A stretch of DNA of 54,425 nucleotides, taken from NCBI GenBank assembly GCA_035063585.1, contig JAPSGB010000031.1:1-54425 (forward strand). Reading direction: 5' to 3'. The stretch's first letter is position 1, and every line of letters begins with the position of its first letter. The translations under genes were made by a program, and so were the position numbers. Below are positions 22,363-29,995 of this stretch, piece by piece. The notes beneath the pieces are model-generated. The model saw only the letters and a program-made list of their open reading frames with translations. It ran no database searches and was not told the origin of the DNA. Origin of the DNA: Polyangiaceae bacterium (GTDB lineage Bacteria > Myxococcota_A > Polyangia > Polyangiales > Polyangiaceae).

Positions 22363-22890
22363 ATGGACCTCAGCGCCGACACCACCATCAATTTTCCGCT
22401 CGACCTCGTGTTCGCCGCGTATCGCGACGAGCTCACGAGCCTGGTCGAGTTCATGCCCAACATCCGACGCATCGAGGTGAAGTCGCGCGAGGAGGAGGGC
22501 TCGCGCGTGCGGCTCGTGAACGAGTGGCACGGCGGGGGCGAGATGCCCGCGGCGGCGCGGGTCGTCCTGAGTGAGTCCATGCTGAGCTGGACGGACTACG
22601 CCGACTGGGACAGCGACGATCACTCCTGCACCTGGCGCATCGCGACGCACTCGTTCAAAGACGCGGTCGACTGTCACGGCAAGAACCGCTTCGTCGCGGT
22701 CGGCGACACGACCCGCCTCGAGATCCGCGGCCAGCTCGGCATCGACGCCTCGAAGGTGCGCGCGGTCCCGAAGCTCCTCCAGAAGAGCGTCGGCAAGACG
22801 ATCGAGGATTTCCTGGTGAAGAAGATCACCCCGAACCTCCTCGATGTGAGCGCCGGGCTCGCCCGCTACCTCGAGAAGCGGCACGGCTGA
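22363..22890 (+). CDS. SRPBCC/START-like (DUF2505-like) protein
   Basis: 175 aa with a helix-grip pattern (TTINFPLDLVFAAYRD, strands, long C-terminal helix). Confidence 0.7.
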   Translation: MDLSADTTINFPLDLVFAAYRDELTSLVEFMPNIRRIEVKSREEEGSRVRLVNEWHGGGEMPAAARVVLSESMLSWTDYADWDSDDHSCTWRIATHSFKDAVDCHGKNRFVAVGDTTRLEIRGQLGIDASKVRAVPKLLQKSVGKTIEDFLVKKITPNLLDVSAGLARYLEKRHG

Positions 22891-22958
22891 CGGGTGCCGG
22901 TCCGGCGCGGCCGGCGGCGCGTGGCGAGCAGCGCTCATCCGGTGTTACGCTGGCGGGC

Positions 22959-23207
22959 ATGTCGATCGAGGTGCTCTATTTCGCCGGGGTCCGCGACACG
23001 CTCGGGCAGAGCGGCGAGCACGTCGACTTACCCGAAGGGGTGGCGACGGTCGCCGCGTTCGCACGTCACCTCGAGCATCTGCACCCGAAGCTCGGAGGGC
23101 GCCTCGGCAGCGTACGCTTCGCGGTGAACGAGGTCTTCGCGCGCGACGACGACCCGGTCGTCGACGGCGACGTGGTAGCGCTGATCCCTCCGGTCGCCGG
23201 CGGTTGA
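22959..23207 (+). CDS. moaD: MoaD/ThiS family sulfur-carrier protein
   Basis: VLYFAGVRD, FAVNEVF and DGDVVALIPPVAGG with terminal GG. Confidence 0.92.
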   Translation: MSIEVLYFAGVRDTLGQSGEHVDLPEGVATVAAFARHLEHLHPKLGGRLGSVRFAVNEVFARDDDPVVDGDVVALIPPVAGG

Positions 23208-23262
23208 GCGCCCCCGTCTGGCGCCTTGCCCGCGGCGTGGGCGGCGTGGTTAGCTCCCGGGC

Positions 23263-24990
23263 GTGCCTCCCTCGAGCCAGCTCTCGATCTCCGTTGGTGA
23301 CTACGAGCTGCTCGAGGGGATTCATCACGACGCGGTATCGGAGCACTGGCTCGCGCGACGAGCGAGCGAGCCCGCGCGAATCGTGCGGCTGCTCCGGCTC
23401 AAGCCCGAGCTCGCGATGAACGCGGCGGCGCGCGACGGCTTTCTGAGCGCGCTTCGAGCCGCGGCGAGCGCGCGCTCTCCGCTCGTCGTGCGTGTCCTGG
23501 AGGTGGGGACCGCCGGCGACGAGGTGTTCGCGGTGTTCGAGCACGTGGAGGGCGTGACGCTCGCCGAGTGGCTCGAGGTGACCCGCGACGCGGGCACACC
23601 GCTCGGCCTGGGGATCGCGCTCCGCGTCGTGCTCGACGCCGCCGCGGCGCTCGAGGCGATGCCGTCGGCGCACGGAGATCTGTCGCCCAAGTCGGTCATC
23701 GTGACCGCAGGCGGCATCTCGCTGGTGTCTCCGACGGGGCTGGCGGTGGCGGAGTCTCTAGCGGGCAAGAGCGGGTCGTCCGCGCGCCGCGCGTACAAGG
23801 CGCCCGAGCAGCGCGGGAACCCCTCCTCGGCGAAGGGGGACGCGCGCGCGGACGTCTACGCGCTCGCCAGCATCCTCGCGGAGATCGTCGGAGGACGCAC
23901 GCTCGCGAGCTCGCTCGCGCACGCGAGCGAGCCCGGGGCCGACCCTTCGAACCCACCGCGCCTACCTGCGTCGCTCGAGCAGGTCATGCGCCAGGCGCTG
24001 GCGCTCGAGCCGGCGGCTCGCCCGGCGAGCGCCGCGGAGCTGGCGGGCGCGCTCGAGACCGCGGCAGGCCCGCTCACCGCCGGAAGGCGCGAGCTCACCG
24101 AGCTCTTCTGGCGCACGGTCGGCAACGACGTCGCCGCGCACCGGTTCGAGCTCGCGTCGATCTTGGAGAGCAGCGCCGTCGCGGGCGGCTCGACCGGCGC
24201 CGGGGAGACTCCCGTCACGGCGCCGGCAGATGACGACGCGGCCACGCCCGCCGGCGTCGAGGCGGACGCGGCTGGACCGGCCGATGACGAGCGAGAGGCG
24301 ACGGACGCCGAGCCTGCACCCGCGAAGCGACGCGAGCCCGTTTCGGCGCGCGAGCCTGTTTCGGCGCGCGAGCCTGTTTCGGCGCGCGAGCCCGTTTCGG
24401 CGCGCGAGCCCGTTTCGGCGCGCGAGCCCGAGCTCACGCCACTCCACGAGCGCGCGCCCGAGCGCCGCCGCTTGGTGCTGGGCGTGGTGGCCGCGGCCGC
24501 CGCGCTCCTGCTGATCGGTTTGTGGTTGCGAGGCAGCGGCGAGCATGACGACGACTCCGCGACGCCGGCCGCGACGACGAAGCCTCGACTCCCCCCGGCC
24601 GAACCTGCCGCTGCCGTCGCTCCGACCGCGGCTGGCGAGCCGACGCCCGCGCCGGTGCCGACCACCACTCCGGAGCCCGCGGCGATCGAGCAGCCGTCGC
24701 ACGACGACGCCGAGCAAGGCGCGAAGCCCGTGAAGCCGCCGAGGCCGAGCGCGCCGGTCGCGGGCTCGGCGCCGGCGGCGCCGACCGCAAGGATGGCTCC
24801 GCCCGCGGCCACGCCGTCCGTCGCCGCGCCGACCGTCGCGCCGACGACGGCGCCGCAGGCACCCGCGAGCGCCGCGGCGGCGCAGCCGCCGGTAGCGAGC
24901 TTCGGCGCAATGCCGTCCGAGCCGGCGCCCAGCCCGACGCCCCCCCCACCTCCTCCAGCGCCTGCCCCGGCCGTCCCGAGCGGCATCTGA
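23263..24990 (+). CDS. Membrane-anchored Ser/Thr kinase-like protein (probable pseudokinase) with Pro/Ala-rich tail
   Basis: VGDYELL, FEHVEGVTL, HGDLSPKSV, YKAPEQ and RADVYAL; TM helix; Pro-rich C-terminus ending PSGI. Confidence 0.8.
   Translation: MPPSSQLSISVGDYELLEGIHHDAVSEHWLARRASEPARIVRLLRLKPELAMNAAARDGFLSALRAAASARSPLVVRVLEVGTAGDEVFAVFEHVEGVTLAEWLEVTRDAGTPLGLGIALRVVLDAAAALEAMPSAHGDLSPKSVIVTAGGISLVSPTGLAVAESLAGKSGSSARRAYKAPEQRGNPSSAKGDARADVYALASILAEIVGGRTLASSLAHASEPGADPSNPPRLPASLEQVMRQALALEPAARPASAAELAGALETAAGPLTAGRRELTELFWRTVGNDVAAHRFELASILESSAVAGGSTGAGETPVTAPADDDAATPAGVEADAAGPADDEREATDAEPAPAKRREPVSAREPVSAREPVSAREPVSAREPVSAREPELTPLHERAPERRRLVLGVVAAAAALLLIGLWLRGSGEHDDDSATPAATTKPRLPPAEPAAAVAPTAAGEPTPAPVPTTTPEPAAIEQPSHDDAEQGAKPVKPPRPSAPVAGSAPAAPTARMAPPAATPSVAAPTVAPTTAPQAPASAAAAQPPVASFGAMPSEPAPSPTPPPPPPAPAPAVPSGI
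24331..24430 (+). repeat. 18-bp coding tandem repeat, about 5.5 copies (REPVSA)n
   Basis: CGCGAGCCYGTTTCGGCG x5 followed by CGCGAGCCCG. Confidence 0.95.
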
Positions 24991-24993
24991 GCG

Positions 24994-25947
24994 ATGCCCC
25001 CGTGCGCGGAGCGCGACGGCGACGCGAGCGGGTTCCGCGTGGGCGTCGACGAGAACGGTCTCGGCGCGCGGCTCGGCCCGCTCATCGTGACGGGGGTGCT
25101 CGCGCGCGTGAGCGAGGCTGGCGCGCGCGCGCTCGAGCGGCGCTTGCCCGTGCGGATGGCGGCGGACCTGGGCGACTCGAAGCGGCTCGTCTCTCACGCG
25201 AACGTCGCGCTCGGCGAGGCGTGGGCGCGAGTGCTCGTCGGTGAGGACGCGCCGGATCCCGAGGCGCTGCTCGCGCGCATCAGCCTGGAGGGCGTCGCGG
25301 CGCTCCGCGCGCCTTGTCCGACGCACGCGCGCACGCAGTGCTGGGGCGTCGAAGGCGAGGCGTTTTCCGCGCCCTCCGAGCTCGTCGCGCGCGTGCGAGG
25401 GCATCGCGCGGCGCTCGCGCGGCGAGGCGTGGAGCTGCTCGCCGCCCAGAGCAGCGTGGTCTGCGTCAAGCGGCTGAACGACGCGCTCGCGAGCGGACAG
25501 AACCGCTTCGTGGTCGACCTCCACGCGATGGAGCGGCTCGTGCTCGCGCTTCGCGAGCGAGCCGGCGGAGAGGTTCACGCGGTGTGCGGCAAGGTGGGCA
25601 GCATGAGCGACTATCCGCGCCGCTTCGGCCCGCTCTCGGGACGCCTCCACGTCGCGCTCGAGCAGGGGAGCGCGCGGAGCCGCTACCGCGTCCCCGGACT
25701 GGGTGAGCTCGCGTTCGTTCGCGACGCGGACGCCTCGAGCCCGCTCGTCATGCTGGCGTCACTGGTCGGCAAGTACCTGCGCGAGCTGCTCATGGCGCGG
25801 GTCGCGCGCGCGTACGGCGACGCACGCCCGAGCGGCTACCACGACCCGGTGACCGCGCGCTTCGTGGAGTCTTGTCGCGCGCTGCGTCGTGAGCGCGGGG
25901 TCCCGGACGAGTGCTTCGAACGCAGCGCGCGAGCCCAGGATGGCTGA
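24994..25947 (+). CDS. Divergent RNase HII-like protein
   Basis: GVDENGLGARLGPLIVTG, GDSKRL, DADASSPLVMLASLVGKYLRE and SGYHDP parallel the RNase HII motifs. Confidence 0.75.
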   Translation: MPPCAERDGDASGFRVGVDENGLGARLGPLIVTGVLARVSEAGARALERRLPVRMAADLGDSKRLVSHANVALGEAWARVLVGEDAPDPEALLARISLEGVAALRAPCPTHARTQCWGVEGEAFSAPSELVARVRGHRAALARRGVELLAAQSSVVCVKRLNDALASGQNRFVVDLHAMERLVLALRERAGGEVHAVCGKVGSMSDYPRRFGPLSGRLHVALEQGSARSRYRVPGLGELAFVRDADASSPLVMLASLVGKYLRELLMARVARAYGDARPSGYHDPVTARFVESCRALRRERGVPDECFERSARAQDG

Positions 25948-27370
25948 TCCCCGGGGCGCGATCCTCTCGGGCCCGCTCGCGCTCGAGGTCGCGCGGTTCG
26001 GCGCGCCGCTCGCGCTCGGCATGGGCTTGCAGACCACCTTCAACTTGGTCGACGCCTATCTCATCGCGCGCCTGGAGCCCGAGGTGGCAGGGCCCGCGCT
26101 CGGGGCGATCGGCATCTGCGATCAAGTCGCCGCGCTCGGCACCATCGTGAGCTACGGGCTCTCCATCGCGACCGCCGCCATCATGAGCCGTAAGCACGGT
26201 AGCGGTGACGAGGAGGGGATGCGACGCGTCGCGTGGCAGTCATTCTTGCTCGTGCTGGCTCTCGGAGCGCTGTTCGGCGTGGTCGGCGTCGCGGGCGCGC
26301 GCACGCTGATGTTCGACGTGGTCGGCGCGAAGGGCGAGGTCGCCGAGCTCGGCGCGCGCTACCTGACCGTCATGCTCGGAGGGAGCGCATCCATCTTCCT
26401 CCTCCTCCACCTCACGACCATTCAGCGCGCGCTCGGAAGCAGCAAGACCCCGGTGGCGATGCTGCTCGCTTCGAACGCGCTCAACCTGCTCCTCGCGGTC
26501 CTCCTCGTCTACGGTCCGGGAGAGGCGCCACCGATCTTCGCCTTCGGCCCGAAGCTGGCGGCCGCGCTCGGGCTCCCGCGGCTCGAGCTGATGGGGGCGG
26601 CGTGGGCGACGGTGCTCGCGCGGGTGGCCGTGCTGGTGCCGCTCGCGGTGGTGATCGTGCGCCGCTTCGGGCTCTTTCGCGCCGATTCGCGGAGCAGGCC
26701 CGACGCGCGGGTCATGGGCTCGATCCTCGGGATCGGCTGGGCCTCGAGCACGCAGCTCGTGGTGCGGATCCTGGCGATGCTGCTCACCCACTCGCTGGTG
26801 GCGCGCGCCTTCACCACCGCCGCCGACCAGTCCGCCAGCACGGCGCTCGGCATCGTGTTTCGTCTCGAGACGATGGCGCTCTTCGTCGGGCTCGGCTGGG
26901 GCAGCGCCGCGCAGACCTTCGTCGGACAGAACCTCGGCGCTCGGCAACCGGGGCGCGCCAAGCGGAGCGGGCTCATCGCAGCGGGATACAACGCGGCGAT
27001 GATGGCGGCATTGGCAGTCGCCTACTGGCGATACGGCGAGCCCATCGTCGGCTTCTTCGACCGCTCCGAGCCGGTCATGACGGTAGCGCTCTCCTACATG
27101 CGCTGGGTGGGCTGGAGCTACGTGGGGCTCGGGGTAGGCATCGTGCTCGGGGCGGCGATGCAGGGCGCCGGCGCCACCCGCCAGACGCTGATCCTCGACT
27201 CGGCGGTGGTGTTTCTGTTCCAGCTCCCCGCGAGCCTGCTCACGGTATTTGGGCTCGGCTACGGATACGAGAGGCTGTGGGCGGTGGTCGCGCTCACCTA
27301 TGTCGCGTTTGCGCTCGTGTACCTCAAGAGCTATCGGCGGGGCGCGTTCCTTCGAACCCAGCTCGCCTGA
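25940..27370 (+). CDS. MATE family efflux transporter
   Basis: About 12 TM; LQTTFNLVDAYLIARL, RALGSSKTP, GAAWATVLA and VGQNLGA. Start at ATG 25940 overlaps the upstream gene by 8 bp. Confidence 0.92.
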   Translation: MADPRGAILSGPLALEVARFGAPLALGMGLQTTFNLVDAYLIARLEPEVAGPALGAIGICDQVAALGTIVSYGLSIATAAIMSRKHGSGDEEGMRRVAWQSFLLVLALGALFGVVGVAGARTLMFDVVGAKGEVAELGARYLTVMLGGSASIFLLLHLTTIQRALGSSKTPVAMLLASNALNLLLAVLLVYGPGEAPPIFAFGPKLAAALGLPRLELMGAAWATVLARVAVLVPLAVVIVRRFGLFRADSRSRPDARVMGSILGIGWASSTQLVVRILAMLLTHSLVARAFTTAADQSASTALGIVFRLETMALFVGLGWGSAAQTFVGQNLGARQPGRAKRSGLIAAGYNAAMMAALAVAYWRYGEPIVGFFDRSEPVMTVALSYMRWVGWSYVGLGVGIVLGAAMQGAGATRQTLILDSAVVFLFQLPASLLTVFGLGYGYERLWAVVALTYVAFALVYLKSYRRGAFLRTQLA

Positions 27371-27390
27371 CGCGCGCCCGCGAGCTCACG

Positions 27391-28128
27391 CTACTTGCCG
27401 CTCAGCGGCCACCCGGGCAAGCGCGGCGCGGCCGGCACCTCGGGCAAGGCGCTGCCCGCCGCGCCGGGCGGAGTCGAGCCGGGGTACATCGAAGCGCGAT
27501 GACCGGGGATGATGGACGGAGTCCGCCCCTCGGCGACCGTCGCCGGATCTCCGACGAGCTTCAGGCACTCGCGCACGATGAGCTTGAGCGTGTCGAAGAC
27601 CCCCTCGCCATAGCGCGCGGAAGCGCCGATCTCGGGGACCCCCGACGGGATCCCCAGCGCGAAGCGGAGCTCGCTCATGTCGAGGACTCCCGCCAGATCG
27701 CGCTTGTTGTACTGGACGACCACCGGCACGCGGTCCGGATCGGTCCCCTGGAGCCGGAGGTTCCTGCCCAGGTTCGCGAGGCTCTCGGCGTTGGCGTCGA
27801 GCGCAGCGGGCTGGCTGTCGACCACGAACACCACGCCGTCCACGTTACGCAAGATGAGCTGTCGCGTCTCGTCGTAGTGGACCTGCCCCGGCACCGTGCA
27901 GAGGTGGAGGCGCACGGTGTAGCCCTTGAATTTCCCGAGCTCGATCGGCAAGAGATCGAAGAAGAGGGTCCGCTCCGTCTCGGTGTTCAGGCTGAGGAGC
28001 CGCCCCCGAAGCTCCGGGCGGCTGTGCGTGTGGATGTACTCGAGGTTGGTGGTCTTCCCGCCGAGCCCCGGCCCGTAATAGACGAGCTTGAGGAGCACCT
28101 CTCTTTTCGCATGAAACACCGACGGCAT
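27391..28128 (-). CDS. mglA: MglA-family small GTPase paralogue with Pro-rich C-terminal extension
   Basis: KLVYYGPGLGGKTTNL, TERTLFFDLLP, TVPGQVHY, VFVVDSQ, QYNKRDL and GEGVFDTLK. Start at ATG 28128. Confidence 0.9.
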   Translation of the reverse strand: MPSVFHAKREVLLKLVYYGPGLGGKTTNLEYIHTHSRPELRGRLLSLNTETERTLFFDLLPIELGKFKGYTVRLHLCTVPGQVHYDETRQLILRNVDGVVFVVDSQPAALDANAESLANLGRNLRLQGTDPDRVPVVVQYNKRDLAGVLDMSELRFALGIPSGVPEIGASARYGEGVFDTLKLIVRECLKLVGDPATVAEGRTPSIIPGHRASMYPGSTPPGAAGSALPEVPAAPRLPGWPLSGK

Positions 28129-28201
28129 CGGAGATCCGATCACGGCATCATAGCCCGGATCATCTCCTCGGAGCAAAATCTCCCCCGCGGGACGCGCACG
28201 T

Positions 28202-29815
28202 TCAGCCGCCGTGGCCGGGACCTAGGATCCGCTTCACGGAGCTCGTCGCGCTCCAGCTCGCGTCGACGTGCGGCGGATGGTGACAGCGCGCTCCGCAAAG
28301 CGACAGGTCCGGCTTGCCGACGATTCGCGTCTTGTCACCGGAGCCGGCGACGTGCCTCGAGCCTGGCCCATGACACGCTTCGCACTGCACGTTCTCGAGC
28401 TTGTCGACGTGAGAGACGGTCGAGCCGCCGGGCTCGCCGTAGCCCGTCACGTGGCAACCGACGCAGTCGAGGTTGAACTCCTTGTGCTCCCGCGAGAGCG
28501 TCGCGTAAGCGCGAGCGTGCCTGGTACCGTCCCAGAATTTCCGCGCTGCCGAGTGGCATGAGGTGCACACCTCGACGCCCACGTAGCCGCTCTGACCCTC
28601 TCCCACCGGCGCCGGGACGCGATCCTGGAACGCGACGCGGTTGTGATCGTTGACTCTCCGATAATAGGCGTCCATCTGCTTTACGACCGGCGGAGCCTTG
28701 CCGAGCGAGTCCCGCACCAGGGTGAGCTCGTAGCGAAAGAAGCTCCCCCGCGCGGGCGGCGGGACCTCCGATATGCGCGACAGCTCCTCACGAGCGCGGG
28801 CGAGATCGGCGCGGCGCGCCTCGAGATCTTCCGCCGCGACGCCGCTCCCCGGCTCCTGCCACGCCGCGAGCCGGCGCTCGAGCTCGCGGACCTTACCGCT
28901 CAAGCTCTCCCGGCGCGCCGCGCCCGCGAGGTTCGAGCCATCCTGGAAGCGAAAATCGCCGTCGCGCACGTAGAGATCCACCACTCCGATGCCCTGCAGG
29001 TGGTTCGGCCCCTCCACCACCAAGGTGTCACCGACCAGGACCGGCGGCGTGGGCGCGTCGTTGCCCTCTCCGCTGTCGAGCGGTTTTCCAACCACCATGA
29101 CCTGAAATCCCGGCACCCGCTCGGCCAAGCGCAGCGCCTCGCCGCGATCACCCGCGAACAGCGCGACGCGGATCTGCGCGTGCCGCGCGCGGAGCGTCGC
29201 GAGCGCCTTCCTGAGCGCAGGCTCCGGCGGTGACGCTTCCGGGGCTCTCGAGGGGATGCCGGCCCGGCGCGGAACCGAGATCCCGGCGAGCCCGATCTGC
29301 AGGCCGCCGGACTCGACCATCATCGGCTCGCGCTCGGCATCATCGCCCCCCGCGAGGTTGGCGGCGAGCAGCCTGGCGCGGCTCAGGCTCGCGAGGCGGC
29401 GGAGGCCGTCGGCTCCAGCCGCCCAGTCATTCGCGCCGGGCGCCCACGCGACGAGCCCGAGCTCGGCGAGCGCTCCGGCGATGGCCTCCGCCTTCCACTC
29501 GTCCTGGACGCGGCTCGCCGGCTCGAGCTCGGGGTCCATGAAGAACATGGGGCCCGCGCCGAGCACGAGGCGGTTCGGCGCGTCCGTCGACTGACCGTTC
29601 ACGTAGCTCGCCGCCTTGTCGACGCCGCCGAGCATGTCCTTCACGCAGCCGCACGGCTCGAGCGCGCCGGCGAGGGTCGAGACCACATAGAGGCGTACCG
29701 ACGGCGTCTTCGGCGGAGGAGCCGCGAGCGGCGCCTCCGCGCGCTTGCAGCCGGCGACCAACCCCAGGGCGAGCGAGACGACCGCGGCGACCACGAGCAG
29801 GCGCGAGGGCATCAC
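28202..29815 (-). CDS. Lipoprotein: degenerate 5'-nucleotidase/UshA-like domain fused to a c554-like multiheme cytochrome c
   Basis: Lipobox LVAGC; GALEPCGC...LGG; heme motifs CTSCH, CVGCH, CEACHGPG and CGARCH; YVGVEVC and HARAYATL. Confidence 0.85.
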   Translation of the reverse strand: MMPSRLLVVAAVVSLALGLVAGCKRAEAPLAAPPPKTPSVRLYVVSTLAGALEPCGCVKDMLGGVDKAASYVNGQSTDAPNRLVLGAGPMFFMDPELEPASRVQDEWKAEAIAGALAELGLVAWAPGANDWAAGADGLRRLASLSRARLLAANLAGGDDAEREPMMVESGGLQIGLAGISVPRRAGIPSRAPEASPPEPALRKALATLRARHAQIRVALFAGDRGEALRLAERVPGFQVMVVGKPLDSGEGNDAPTPPVLVGDTLVVEGPNHLQGIGVVDLYVRDGDFRFQDGSNLAGAARRESLSGKVRELERRLAAWQEPGSGVAAEDLEARRADLARAREELSRISEVPPPARGSFFRYELTLVRDSLGKAPPVVKQMDAYYRRVNDHNRVAFQDRVPAPVGEGQSGYVGVEVCTSCHSAARKFWDGTRHARAYATLSREHKEFNLDCVGCHVTGYGEPGGSTVSHVDKLENVQCEACHGPGSRHVAGSGDKTRIVGKPDLSLCGARCHHPPHVDASWSATSSVKRILGPGHGG

Positions 29816-29995
29816 CCGACGGTCTTAGCCCAAATTCTCCGCGCCGGCAGCGATGAGACGGCCGGCGAGGCGGGCGCGTCGCCCGGGTCGAGCTCGGGCC
29901 GTGCTCGGGCCGAGCGCTCCGGCGCTCCGAGGTCGACCGGCGCCACGCCGGGCGCTCGCGCGGTCCCCGCGCCAAGGACGCCGAGGAGGCGCATA

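Noticed and set aside
22959..25947. Ubiquitin-like defence or conjugation system built on MoaD, kinase and nuclease
   Set aside because: No E1, E2 or JAB genes nearby, and the protein looks like an ordinary MoaD.
29640..29665. Selenocysteine codon in the EPCGC motif
   Set aside because: Both Cys codons are TGC; there is no in-frame TGA.
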